Assembly (NCBI GenBank): GCA_018821305.1
Contig: JAHJMN010000189.1
Location: forward strand, 55,115-119,114
Direction of reading: 5' to 3'
Origin: Myxococcota bacterium
Lineage (GTDB): Bacteria > Myxococcota_A > Polyangia > HGW-17
DNA: 64,000 nucleotides
The translations under genes and the position numbers were made by a program. How positions within the stretch are numbered: position 1 is the first letter of the stretch; every line of letters begins with the position of its first letter. Below the pieces are notes generated by a model. It made no database searches and was not told where the DNA came from. It saw only the letters and a list, made by a program, of their open reading frames with translations. Shown here piece by piece: positions 28,111 to 38,547 of the stretch.

Positions 28111-31100
28111 ATGGTAAGTGCAAAAAACTCAGATACCGTACTTGAACTTCTAAATCTGTGCGAAATTATGTACATGGATTGGGAAAATCTCAATCTTCAG
28201 GAAAAAACTATTCTGGCCTTCCTTTTCTGGCATATTACCGGGGATCTTTCTCTTCTAGTCAGAATTTCAGGAGAAACAGATTCAAGGGAATTTCAAGTAC
28301 TTAGCTTAGTAAGAAATGACGAGATTGAGAAACTGAAAACGCTTTATAACGAGCTTTCCTTCCGGTTTGATAAGTTGACTCTTCACGAAACTCGTTTATG
28401 GTCGGAAATATGGCTTTATATTATGAACCAGCCGGAAAAAGCTGAAACTCTAATTGATGCTACCAGTTTTGTCTCAGATCTTAATCGCGAGCTTTGTCTT
28501 TCAAAATTTCTTTCGGGAAAACATGCAGAAGCCCTTCCACTGTTTGAGTCCGGCGGCCTTCCGGAATCAAGATTTTATTCCGCCCTCATACATGGAGACA
28601 TTCATGAGGACTGGCTTGAAGCAAGAAAGCAACTATCAAAAACTGATGCTCTCGAAACTCTCATGAAAAGTGAGTATTCAGCCCGTGCAAACCAGCATAT
28701 TGAGCTTTTTTACGCTGCTGAAATGACTGTATTCGGCAATATAGGAGAAGCGGATTTCAAAGACGCTGTCCTGTTTCAGTATGCCTCAACGGGTGTGGAC
28801 GATCTCTCAATAGAACAATTAGTATCCCTCACGGAACGCACCGGATGGGCTATGCCTCTGGCTCTCCTCACAGCTATTAACGTAGCCGCAAATAAAAACG
28901 AAGATGTGGTACTTGTAAGGCTGTACCATCGAGTATTTCAAGCAGCACAAACTACAGAACTGCGCGGAGCTGCCGCACTAAGAGCTGCTCTTATCTCCGA
29001 ATTCAGATTGAAAAGGTATCGTGAAGCGGAAGAGTTTTACAGATTAGCCATTGATAATAACTCCCGACCGTCCATTTCTCGTCATGGCCTCATGAGAATG
29101 CTTCTACACCGGAAAGCTTACAGTGAACTTGTTGATTTGGCTTTCAGTTGTGACGATGAAATGATTCGAAACGCCGGTATGCTGTCGGCGGAATTAAGAC
29201 TTCACGATTTTGATAAAGCCTGGCAATTACTTCAGGTTCAGGATATTTTCTCCCGTATTCGCTTATCGGTCTACCTGAAGAAATGGGACGAACTACATAC
29301 AATTTATAAAACTACGAACCCATACATACCACAATCTGTCACAAAGTTGATAATTGCCCTTTATCATGCCCACAAGGAAAACTGGAGAGAAGCTGAAGGG
29401 AGCCTGTTTCCCCTGGAATCCGTCAGCGAATTAGTGACTAATCTTGTTATGATGTACTGGAATCGCTCCCGTGACCTCATTGAAAAAGCTATCAATTGTG
29501 GGGAAAACGCCTGCGCAAAACTTCAGAGTCAAGTTGCTAAACGAGCTGTATATTTAATTATGGCTAAATGGACCGAAACTTCACTTCCTTCAATTTCTTC
29601 GCAACTTATGGGAAAATATCTGGAAAATGGTGGGGTGATTTCCGCCAAGACAGACAGAGAACTTCTTGATCTTCTTTTAAACCATCCGGATCCGGATCCA
29701 GCCTGGTTTGCCGATATTGAGCACAGTATTGATGATTTCATTCTCGAATTTGATGCGGCGAAAGAATGGGATAAACTTGCTTCCCTTATAGAGCTTAAAG
29801 TTCGAATGGTCACAAGCCCACAAAAAAAGGTTGAACTCTACCTCAGACTAGCCCATCTTTTCGAAGAAGCAATTGAAAACATTGATAAAGCTTCAAAGTA
29901 TTATACCGAAGTACTTAATCTGAGCTCAAATAACAAGGTAGCACTTGAAGCTTTAAGTCGAATTAATGAAACTAATGAAAGCTGGGACGAATACCTTCAA
30001 GTTCTCAGACTTTCCATGGAAGCAAACGATGACCCACTGATAAAAGCAGGTCTATATTTCAAATACGGCTCAGTATTGGAAACTCAATTTGGAAAAGATG
30101 AGGAAGCCCTCAGGTACTACAAACTGGCCATTGATTCCTGCCCTACTTCGTTACCCGCCCTTCATGGGATGAGAGATATCTATGTTCAGAGAGAAAACTG
30201 GAAGGGCGTGCTGAATACTTTAAAAATGGAAGCCAGTATATGGGATGATCCAAAAGAGAAAGCCGGTATTTACACGCAGATGGGCGAAATACTGCATGAA
30301 AAACTCGATCGTCGCGATCAGGCTGAAAGATATTTTGAAGCTGCCCTGGCTCTTCGTCCCGACAGCCCCGGTGCTCTGAGAGCATTATTCTCTATATATT
30401 TCAAGGATGAAAATTGGGAAAAAGCCGGCGAGATTGCAGCAGGGCTTGGACCAAAAGCCCTTACGGAGGGTACCTCTGAAGAAAGAGCTGTCCTTAATTT
30501 CCAGCGTGGTCTTGCTTTTCTTAAAGTTGGAGAGCAGCATGAAGCTGCAAATAGTTTCATAATGGCAATTCAACTTGATAAATCTAATCTGGCCCCTCTC
30601 CATGCAATTCTTGGGTTAACTACTGATTACGGAAATGAAGTTGAAATTTCAGTTTTTCTCGACGAAATGGAAGCCGTTTATAAAGATAGTGACAATCCCA
30701 TTGCTATAAGTATGATATCTGTTGCAAAAGCCAAATTTGCACGACAGGAAGGGAATAACCTTGATGCCCTTGAGTTTTTCAGAACGGCTACATCAAAATC
30801 ACCAGACATGATTGAAGCTGTTGAGGGCGAAACCGAGTTACTCCTTTACATGGGAGAAGAGGACAAAGCCTTTGAGAGATGGAAATCTTTTTCCGACTCA
30901 TTCATGTCAAAAACAAAACCATCGGACATGCTTCGTATGGTTGATTTCTATTCTGAAAATCTTGACAGAGGCCGGGATGCAATGGCAGCCCTCCGAAAAC
31001 TCCTCCAGAGCCACCCCAATGATTCAGAATGCCTGTACGAACTTGCTTCAGAGCTTTATGCTTCCGGTCAATTGAAAGAAGCTCTCGTAACAATGGATCG

Positions 31101-32451
31101 ACTCCTTACTTTGAGCCAGCGTGAAAAAACAAGCATCCGAATGAAATATACGTCCATGGCCATTTTACTTAAACACAGTGCTGGAGAAACAAAGAAAGTT
31201 GATGAACTTCTAAGTCAAATCAATTTTGATGAACTAAAGCCTGAAGATTGCTTTAATATTCTTTATGTTTACGCAATGAGGGGAGAAATTGCTCGAGCTG
31301 TCACAATCGTTAAGAAAGTTAAAACATCCTCCGAAAAAGAGTCAATCCTGATGAATCTTCATATGGCAATTCTCGCTATTCTTGCAGGAAACACCAATGG
31401 AGCGATTGAGGAACTCGAAGGTATTGTAAATAAAAGCACCACCTCGCGAATGATTCTTGCCGATTTGGGGATGCTAGCAAATGACCGCAATCTTGTGATG
31501 AAATATCTCGAACTATTGGTTGATGACTGTTGGGATAACCCGCAATATCTTGAAAATCTGGCACAGATGATTCCAGGACGTTCCAATCGTGGCCGCCGAC
31601 TGGCTCAGGTCAGATCAATTTTCGATCCCGGCTCTGTCTCGGATGTAACATCAATTCCCTGGCTCAAAGCAGGACTAATGTCTTCCGATGAATTTAAAAG
31701 AAAAATTGGAATCAAAGATCCAACAGGGCATGAAACACAGATGTGGTTCGCCATCCGAACGGGAATTGAAACTGTATTCCGACCAGTGGATCCTGCCTTA
31801 ACTGAAGCCCGACCAGCAAAAGGCGTGGAACTTCACGGTTGGGAAGAAGTTGAAGCCACTTTAGGTACAAAGGGAAAACTGTGGGTTGCAGATCTTACAA
31901 CAAGATCATGCCTCATCCTGAATGACAATCAGGAAATATCCATTGTAGTCAAACCAGAAATCTTTAATTTTCCCCTGTCAACTATCCGATATATATTTGC
32001 AAGGGCCCTGGAAGCTGCTCGAAGCGGGTTCTCAATGTTTTTCCAGACAACTGCAGCACAGAGAACGGATATCAGGATTCTTATGTATGGCCTTGGCCTG
32101 CCTCCGGAGGAGAGAGATGAGACGGTCAAACGCTTCCTCGAAACCCTGCCAAGGCAGGAACAAAGGGCGGTTGAGCGTGTTTCATCAAGCAGTGTTGATA
32201 TTTTCCAGACCCTTGACCTGGAAAAATGGATGAATCATGTTGAAACAGCTCTCGACCGAACTGGTTTGCTTGTTTGCGGGGATATCACCGCAGCATTTCA
32301 GGGCAATGCATGGCTTGCATCTAGACATAGTGTAGTTTCTGACAATAATTTAGCTAATTTTGCCGTGGCACCCAGAGCCGGGTCTCTGGTTAAAGAATTT
32401 ATTTCCCCAAAGTGGGACACTTATCTTGAACTTGAGCCTTCATCAAACTGA
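28111..32451 (+). CDS. very large TPR-repeat protein (about 1450 aa), function unknown
   Basis: Many TPR-like helical repeats (for example ...YYKLAIDSCPTSLPALHGMRDIYVQRENWKGV...). The track start at 28078 is a GTG; the first in-frame ATG is at 28111. Confidence 0.65.
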   Translation: MVSAKNSDTVLELLNLCEIMYMDWENLNLQEKTILAFLFWHITGDLSLLVRISGETDSREFQVLSLVRNDEIEKLKTLYNELSFRFDKLTLHETRLWSEIWLYIMNQPEKAETLIDATSFVSDLNRELCLSKFLSGKHAEALPLFESGGLPESRFYSALIHGDIHEDWLEARKQLSKTDALETLMKSEYSARANQHIELFYAAEMTVFGNIGEADFKDAVLFQYASTGVDDLSIEQLVSLTERTGWAMPLALLTAINVAANKNEDVVLVRLYHRVFQAAQTTELRGAAALRAALISEFRLKRYREAEEFYRLAIDNNSRPSISRHGLMRMLLHRKAYSELVDLAFSCDDEMIRNAGMLSAELRLHDFDKAWQLLQVQDIFSRIRLSVYLKKWDELHTIYKTTNPYIPQSVTKLIIALYHAHKENWREAEGSLFPLESVSELVTNLVMMYWNRSRDLIEKAINCGENACAKLQSQVAKRAVYLIMAKWTETSLPSISSQLMGKYLENGGVISAKTDRELLDLLLNHPDPDPAWFADIEHSIDDFILEFDAAKEWDKLASLIELKVRMVTSPQKKVELYLRLAHLFEEAIENIDKASKYYTEVLNLSSNNKVALEALSRINETNESWDEYLQVLRLSMEANDDPLIKAGLYFKYGSVLETQFGKDEEALRYYKLAIDSCPTSLPALHGMRDIYVQRENWKGVLNTLKMEASIWDDPKEKAGIYTQMGEILHEKLDRRDQAERYFEAALALRPDSPGALRALFSIYFKDENWEKAGEIAAGLGPKALTEGTSEERAVLNFQRGLAFLKVGEQHEAANSFIMAIQLDKSNLAPLHAILGLTTDYGNEVEISVFLDEMEAVYKDSDNPIAISMISVAKAKFARQEGNNLDALEFFRTATSKSPDMIEAVEGETELLLYMGEEDKAFERWKSFSDSFMSKTKPSDMLRMVDFYSENLDRGRDAMAALRKLLQSHPNDSECLYELASELYASGQLKEALVTMDRLLTLSQREKTSIRMKYTSMAILLKHSAGETKKVDELLSQINFDELKPEDCFNILYVYAMRGEIARAVTIVKKVKTSSEKESILMNLHMAILAILAGNTNGAIEELEGIVNKSTTSRMILADLGMLANDRNLVMKYLELLVDDCWDNPQYLENLAQMIPGRSNRGRRLAQVRSIFDPGSVSDVTSIPWLKAGLMSSDEFKRKIGIKDPTGHETQMWFAIRTGIETVFRPVDPALTEARPAKGVELHGWEEVEATLGTKGKLWVADLTTRSCLILNDNQEISIVVKPEIFNFPLSTIRYIFARALEAARSGFSMFFQTTAAQRTDIRILMYGLGLPPEERDETVKRFLETLPRQEQRAVERVSSSSVDIFQTLDLEKWMNHVETALDRTGLLVCGDITAAFQGNAWLASRHSVVSDNNLANFAVAPRAGSLVKEFISPKWDTYLELEPSSN

Positions 32452-32764
32452 TGTAGCAAATTACAGGACACAAATCAGGTAGTACTTATATTTTTTCAAC
32501 ATGCGGATATTGCAGATATCTAAAATATTTAAGTTTTTATTTTATCAGGCTTATTTTTTTTTAGCATAGTGATCTGAATTTTTTAACAATTGAGTATTTG
32601 ACACATTGGGTGAAACCAGTGTATATATTTGATGTGATTTCTAAAATGCGCATATTTTATAATTGCGTCTCCCCAATAGGGGTTATATTAATAAAATCAA
32701 CAGAATCACAGTTCCAGAGAATTCTCGGACAGGGTTCTGGAGTGAATCTTTTTTAAAGGATATC

Positions 32765-33658
32765 ATGGACCAGAAATTCAACTATACGCTCAAAATCAAA
32801 GACAAAATCACGTATGTCACCATTATCGGTATTATTGATGAAGACAATAATCTCGAAGAAATTGCTGACAGAACTGGAAGCGGCACTGTTTTGCTTAATC
32901 TTTCCCATGTGGAAAGAATCAATTCCTGCGGCGTAAGAGACTGGGTAAACTGGCTTGGGAAGATTGAGTCAAAAGGAGCTCGAGTTGTGTTGCTCGAATG
33001 CTCACCTGCTATTGTTGCACAAATCAATCTGGTAAGTAATTTTACGTCCAAGAGTGTAATTCAGAGCTTTTTCGCTCCGTATTATTGCCAGAGTTGCGAC
33101 AAAGAGAAAGTTCTCCTCATTGAATCAAGCACCATGAAGAACATCAGAGAGCCAAAAGCTCCAATTTCCCGCTGCGATGAATGTGATGCAGTTATGGAAT
33201 TCGATGATATGGAGGAAAGTTATTTTGCTTTCCTTCAGACTGCAAATCTGGGCCCTCTTCCAGATGGTCTTCCTGAAGGATGGGAAGAGCTTATTAACGT
33301 TGAAAGTACTCTGACCAGTGATAAAAAAGTTAAAACCAGAGAACGAACTTTGAAAAGCAAGGCAAGCCAGCCTTCCCTTATGTCTTCACTTCCTGGTTCA
33401 CTCCCAGGTTCATCCTTACCATCCCTGCCCAGCTCTTCTCTTCCATCACTTCCCGGAACGAGAGACTCGAAAAGTGGTACATTCAGTTCCCTTCCGTCTT
33501 TTCCATCCGGAGAAAACGCTCCGGGTAAATCCGGTTCATCTGGCGATTCTAAAATTCAAGGAAGTAATAAGCAGCAGACAATGATGCTTGCGGTTGTAAC
33601 CGGTCTGTTTATTATAGTTATTTTAATTTTAATAATAGTCCTTATCAAAATCATGTAA
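32765..33658 (+). CDS. STAS-like domain protein with a Cys4 zinc ribbon, P/S-rich linker and C-terminal TM anchor
   Basis: LNLSHVERINSCGVRDWVNWLGKIESKGARVVLLECSPAIVAQINLV resembles anti-sigma-antagonist/STAS. CQSCDKE...CDECDA. SLPGSLPGSSLPSLPSSSLPSLPG. C-terminal LAVVTGLFIIVILILIIVLIKIM. ATG at 32765 has AAAGGA upstream; the track start at 32663 is a TTG. Confidence 0.5.
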   Translation: MDQKFNYTLKIKDKITYVTIIGIIDEDNNLEEIADRTGSGTVLLNLSHVERINSCGVRDWVNWLGKIESKGARVVLLECSPAIVAQINLVSNFTSKSVIQSFFAPYYCQSCDKEKVLLIESSTMKNIREPKAPISRCDECDAVMEFDDMEESYFAFLQTANLGPLPDGLPEGWEELINVESTLTSDKKVKTRERTLKSKASQPSLMSSLPGSLPGSSLPSLPSSSLPSLPGTRDSKSGTFSSLPSFPSGENAPGKSGSSGDSKIQGSNKQQTMMLAVVTGLFIIVILILIIVLIKIM

Positions 33659-33782
33659 TTTAATATAAGCCCTCAGCTTGAATTTCGATCAAAAATCCAT
33701 ACACTGATCAGAGAGTTTGAAACTCCGGAATACCCAAGTGCTTTTCCGGAAGAACGTGCACATCTAACCCCGCCGGTGCCAT

Positions 33783-35189
33783 ATGTTAAAAAACATTGTT
33801 TTCTTTTTATTCCTAGCAGGACTCTCTTTCGAAGCAATGGCTACATCCTGTCGCATTCCTGAAGGCTCTGATCCATCCAACCATCCTGAATGTCATCAGA
33901 TTTTTATACATCCTCTTGATACAGGAAGTTGTATTCCATATAATTTGATGACCAATACAGAAAGCCCCGTTATTTTCCTTAATTTTGAGGGTGCAGTGAT
34001 CAAAAGAGCATCCTTCGATAATCCTGAAACTGACGAATCATGGATTCCAGACTATGAAACTGTTGATATACCGCCGTTTGATCATACACCCTTTATTCGT
34101 GATAATATTGACACCAGGGAAGCAGTAATTGAAGCTGTTGTTAATATGGTAAGGCATTATTTTGCTCCGTTTGACATAATAATTACAAGAAAAAGACCCC
34201 CATCTGGTTCAAAATATACGATGATGATGATTGGTGGAAGTGGCTCACTGATTACGGCTAACCCTGGAGCAATGGTAGGAGTCAGCCCCTTTGACTGTGG
34301 AAACCGCTCCAAGTCTGATATTGCATATACTTTCAGCGACGATTTGTCCAATATACATGATATTGTTACCACAATTACACATGAATCCGGTCATAATCTG
34401 GGGCTGGCTCATGTTGATAATGTTTCCGCTGTAATGAATCCATATGTCACAAGTGATCCCTATTGGGGAAATGGTGTGGTACCCGACGGAAGTGCCTGCG
34501 ATGGTGGTTCTACACAGGATAGTTTTGAAGTGCTCGGAGAGAATCTTGGCCTGACACCAGATAGAGAAGCTCCCTGGGTAGATTTTGTCATGCCATCGGG
34601 TGGTTCAAAAGTTCCTTCAACGGTTGGAGTCCTGGCCATCACCGGAGATGAGCATGGTCTCGGTCGTTATGTCGAACTTTTTGTTGACGGAGAATCAAAA
34701 GGTGAGAAAACCTATCCTTATTTTTCCTGGAGAATTAATAATTTAACTGAAGGTTCGCATACACTTCAGGCTGTTGTTAAAGATGAAGGTGGAAATTCCA
34801 GTTCTACCACCATTAAAGTTACTGTTGATGGGGCATGTACGGATCAGGACTTTTGTGACGATGGGAAAAGAGGCATCGGAGAAAACTGCTCAAGTGAGAA
34901 ATCATGCAATCTTTCCACCTGTGTTGAAAACGGCGATGGAAGTTGGTGTTCAATCCATTGTACACCTGAAACAGCAGGCTGTGCACCTGGCATGGTCTGT
35001 CTTCCTGAAGAGGGCGGTAATGATTACTACTGTGGCTATGGGTCAGGAGAGCTTTCAATAAAGAGCACATCAAAAGATCATCTTATCGGATGCTCATCAT
35101 ACCCTGGAAAACAAAGCAGTAGCATTCTTTTTCTCGTAACTCTCCTGAGCACATTTATGTTCGGTTTTCGACGACGATACACAAAATAG
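33783..35189 (+). CDS. secreted metzincin-type zinc metalloprotease with a C-terminal MYXO-CTERM-like sorting signal
   Basis: Signal peptide. HESGHNLGLAH is HExxHxxGxxH, followed by a Met-turn SAVMNPY. Cys-rich C-terminal region. The tail reads GCSSYPG...SSILFLVTLLSTFMFGFRRRYTK: a Cys motif, a TM helix and an Arg-rich end. Confidence 0.7.
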   Translation: MLKNIVFFLFLAGLSFEAMATSCRIPEGSDPSNHPECHQIFIHPLDTGSCIPYNLMTNTESPVIFLNFEGAVIKRASFDNPETDESWIPDYETVDIPPFDHTPFIRDNIDTREAVIEAVVNMVRHYFAPFDIIITRKRPPSGSKYTMMMIGGSGSLITANPGAMVGVSPFDCGNRSKSDIAYTFSDDLSNIHDIVTTITHESGHNLGLAHVDNVSAVMNPYVTSDPYWGNGVVPDGSACDGGSTQDSFEVLGENLGLTPDREAPWVDFVMPSGGSKVPSTVGVLAITGDEHGLGRYVELFVDGESKGEKTYPYFSWRINNLTEGSHTLQAVVKDEGGNSSSTTIKVTVDGACTDQDFCDDGKRGIGENCSSEKSCNLSTCVENGDGSWCSIHCTPETAGCAPGMVCLPEEGGNDYYCGYGSGELSIKSTSKDHLIGCSSYPGKQSSSILFLVTLLSTFMFGFRRRYTK

Positions 35190-35243
35190 ATTTTTTTCAA
35201 ATATATTCAGGCAACTATAAAAGTCCCAGATTCTGAGGTCAAA

Positions 35244-37364
35244 ATGAAGATAATCTCAATAAGTATTCTTTTGTTAATTATGGTGGCTGGATGTTCTAAA
35301 AAGTGCCCATCTTTAGAAAAAAACGAGGAAAAACAGGGACCTCAAATTAAGAAAGACACTAAATTTCATGGCGAAAAAATAAAGCCAAGGCAGGACACAA
35401 AAAAGTTGCCACATGCGCTTTCTGAAAAAATCATTAAAACACTTATATCAAAACATGGAAGCCGGGAGACTTTGAGAATTAGAAAAGGTGTAATTCAGGC
35501 ATCCAGCCTCTGGAATCCGGCTGTTGACGGTGACTCAAAAATCTTTGAAGAATTCTGCGATAAAAACTTTATTCCTGACGGTCCTGTCCGTGAAGAACTG
35601 TTCACTCGCATGAGTCGTAACCTTGAGATTGTTTACGGAAATTCCAATAGAATACGGATTGATCTTAAAGCTCCGGTGGATGTTGAAATTGGTAAGATTC
35701 TCCCTGTTGACCGGCTTTTTGCAGCATGGAATATGGCATCCCATTTTATTGAAGATATGTATTCAAGTAAAATTGCATTTATCACAGTCCTTAATTTTCC
35801 AAACTATACCCTTGAGGAAAAAAAGTCCTCCGGAACTAACTGGACACGCCTTGAATGGGCATATGCCAGACTTGGTGATGTTTTTACTTCCCGAGTCCCC
35901 TCCAGCGTTAAACAGGGAATTGAAACCGCATTTACCCAGGCAGATACATATATTTCCTCTTATAATATTTTTATGAACAATGTAATTGATGAGAAATTTG
36001 AAAGCCTATTTCCGGTGGGAATGAAACTCATTACACACTGGAACCTCAGAGATGAACTAAAGTCAAGATATGCTGACAAAACAAACGGTTTTAAAGCTCA
36101 AAAGCAGATTTTTGCCGTTATGAAGCGAATTATAGATCAGACTATTCCCGTGGATGTTATCAATAAAAATAACGCCAAATGGGACCCTGTAAATAATAAG
36201 CTTTTCCATGACAAGAAAGAAGTAAAATTCACAACTGAACCTGATACAAGATATGAATATCTTTTAAAAAATTTTATAGCCGTTAAAACTGAAGATCAAT
36301 ACTCCCCCGGGTATCCTACTTATATAAAAAGAGTTTTCGACAGGGATCTTGAGTATACGGAAACTGAAATTGAAGGACTTTTCGTAAAACTGGTTTCATC
36401 TCCTCTTGCAAAAGAGGTAGGAAAACTCATTGAAAAACGCCTCGGAAGAAAACTTGAGCCCTTCGATATCTGGTATGATGGATTTAAAACAAGATCCTCA
36501 ATTCCTGATAAAGAATTAACAGCAGAAACCAGGAAAAAGTATCTATCTGCAGCGGCATTTCATGCAGATATGCCCAGAATCCTTACTCATCTTGGCTTTA
36601 CTCCGGAAAAAGCAACTTTTATTCAATCACGCATTACAGTTGACCCAAGTCGCGGAGCAGGACATGCCTGGGGTTCGGAAATGAGAACAGATAAAAGCCA
36701 TCTCCGGACTAGAATTGGCCCCGAAGGAATGGATTATAAGGGTTACAATATTGCGATCCACGAACTTGGGCACAATGTTGAACAGACAATTACTCTGCAC
36801 GATGTTGATTATTATTTGATGAAAGGTGTTCCAAATACTGCTTTTACAGAGGCGTGGGCATTTATCTTCCAGCGTCGAGATCTTGAACTTCTTGGTAAAA
36901 AAGAAACAGATCCTCTTCGCCAACATCTTGCTGTGCTGGATAATTTCTGGTCTTCTTATGAAATAATGGGAGTAAGTCTTGTGGATATGAAAGTGTGGCG
37001 ATGGCTGTACGCTAATCCCAACGCTGACAAGACAAAGTTAAAAAATGCGGTGATTTCTATTGCAAAAGAAGTATGGAATCTTTACTTTGCACCGGTATTT
37101 GGTGTAAAGGATCAAACAATTTTAGCAATTTATAGTCATATGATTGATTATCCACTTTATTTACCGGCCTACCCAATTGGGCATCTGGCCGAATTTCAAA
37201 TTGAACAGCATATTCACGGAAAAAATATCGGGACAGAAATGACCAGAATCTGCTCTCAGGGACGCCTGGTGCCGGACCTCTGGATGAAAGGGGCAGTAAA
37301 CAATGCTCTGAGTGTTGATCCAACTCTGAAAGCCACAACTGAAGCTCTTAAAAATGTTAAATAG
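35244..37364 (+). CDS. putative gluzincin zinc metallopeptidase, lipoprotein
   Basis: Lipobox LIMVAGCSKK. HELGH (HExxH) with a downstream Glu in TEAWAF; 706 aa. Confidence 0.5.
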   Translation: MKIISISILLLIMVAGCSKKCPSLEKNEEKQGPQIKKDTKFHGEKIKPRQDTKKLPHALSEKIIKTLISKHGSRETLRIRKGVIQASSLWNPAVDGDSKIFEEFCDKNFIPDGPVREELFTRMSRNLEIVYGNSNRIRIDLKAPVDVEIGKILPVDRLFAAWNMASHFIEDMYSSKIAFITVLNFPNYTLEEKKSSGTNWTRLEWAYARLGDVFTSRVPSSVKQGIETAFTQADTYISSYNIFMNNVIDEKFESLFPVGMKLITHWNLRDELKSRYADKTNGFKAQKQIFAVMKRIIDQTIPVDVINKNNAKWDPVNNKLFHDKKEVKFTTEPDTRYEYLLKNFIAVKTEDQYSPGYPTYIKRVFDRDLEYTETEIEGLFVKLVSSPLAKEVGKLIEKRLGRKLEPFDIWYDGFKTRSSIPDKELTAETRKKYLSAAAFHADMPRILTHLGFTPEKATFIQSRITVDPSRGAGHAWGSEMRTDKSHLRTRIGPEGMDYKGYNIAIHELGHNVEQTITLHDVDYYLMKGVPNTAFTEAWAFIFQRRDLELLGKKETDPLRQHLAVLDNFWSSYEIMGVSLVDMKVWRWLYANPNADKTKLKNAVISIAKEVWNLYFAPVFGVKDQTILAIYSHMIDYPLYLPAYPIGHLAEFQIEQHIHGKNIGTEMTRICSQGRLVPDLWMKGAVNNALSVDPTLKATTEALKNVK

Positions 37365-37433
37365 TTAATGTCCTGTAATTCGACATTTTCAAGTTAATGA
37401 CGAATTTGTACACAGGACATTAAGAATGAAGGC
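37362..37433. mobile_element. MITE-like intergenic repeat, minimal copy
   Basis: tagttaatgtcctgtaattcgacattttcaagttaatgacgaatttgtacacaggacattaagaatgaagg. A further terminal-repeat-like fragment (ctattaatgtcctggaaat) spans the start codon of the next gene. Confidence 0.6.
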
Positions 37434-37593
37434 CTTGAAATTATTGTAGTGTGTCCTGTTCCCTGATTCCCTTCAAAAAAACAACAGGAGCTTGCAAGAA
37501 GGAGCTGGCGATCAATGTTGTCCGAAAGGACAAACGGTATTTTTGAGTTATCTCTATTTTAATGTAACAGTTGAGGTCCGAAAGGAACTATTA

Positions 37594-38547
37594 ATGTCCT
37601 GGAAATTTTCACTTATCCTTCTGTTTGCAGTTTTTATCGTTGCCTGTGATCGTGGAGAAAATAAAACCGGGGAAAGTGTTTTCCCTGCAACAAATTCTGC
37701 TTCATCAACACCTACTGTTAACCATAATATTTCAACTTCGCAAACCGAAAAATCCAAACCAGCATCAATTCCTTATTCTCCTTTAAAGCCAATAAGGGAA
37801 GTTATTCAAGAAGATCAGCCAGAACCACGGAATTTCGGATGGTGGAAAAAACGCCATCGAAAGATTTCCGACGTCGTGAAAAATTGTAAAACAAATGCCA
37901 TTTTATTTGCCGGAGACAGTATAACAGAAGACTGGGAAATCAATGGGGCAAAAGCAATCGAAAAACATTTGAGTCAGTGGAATATTATAAACACCGGTAT
38001 AGGTGGGGATCGAACAAGGCATCTTTATTACAGACTTAATTCTTATGATTTTTCCAAATGTAGAGTACAGGCTACAATCCTGATGATTGGAACCAATGAC
38101 ACCCACGATCTTAAATCACCAACTCTAATCGCTCAGGGAATTCGAAATATCATATCATTGCTCCTTAAGAAATTCCCGGATGCCCCTATACTTTTATATG
38201 GGATTTTTCCAAGAGGATACGCGGAAAATCGCTACAGGGAAAATAACAATAAAGTAAATGAAATCATATCGAAGTACCATGATAAAAAAATCATTTTTTA
38301 TTACAACATCAACAGAAACTTCCTGAATTCCAGAAATCAAATCACACGCAAAGTAATGTATGATTATCTACATTTGACCCCTGGAAGTTATGCAATCTGG
38401 GCTGCTCATATTTCCCGCAATCTTAAAATCATTCTTGGAAAAAAATCAGCGGACTATATAAAAATTACCCCCTGGTCACACCGTTTTATGCTTTTAGCCC
38501 AACCAACTGCGGCAAGTCAGCGCATTGATTTTATTTCAGGGATCTGA
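37594..38547 (+). CDS. SGNH/GDSL-family hydrolase (esterase/lipase), lipoprotein
   Basis: Signal peptide MSWKFSLILLFAVFIVACD. Block I GDSITEDW, block III GTNDT, block V DYLHLT. ATG at 37594 is preceded by AAAGGAA. Confidence 0.7.
   Translation: MSWKFSLILLFAVFIVACDRGENKTGESVFPATNSASSTPTVNHNISTSQTEKSKPASIPYSPLKPIREVIQEDQPEPRNFGWWKKRHRKISDVVKNCKTNAILFAGDSITEDWEINGAKAIEKHLSQWNIINTGIGGDRTRHLYYRLNSYDFSKCRVQATILMIGTNDTHDLKSPTLIAQGIRNIISLLLKKFPDAPILLYGIFPRGYAENRYRENNNKVNEIISKYHDKKIIFYYNINRNFLNSRNQITRKVMYDYLHLTPGSYAIWAAHISRNLKIILGKKSADYIKITPWSHRFMLLAQPTAASQRIDFISGI

Noticed and set aside
37571-37592. GAGGTCCGAAAGGAAC resembling the SRP RNA domain IV consensus
   Set aside because: Only a short partial match with no flanking helix-8-like structure. 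It sits in the leader or RBS of the SGNH hydrolase gene.
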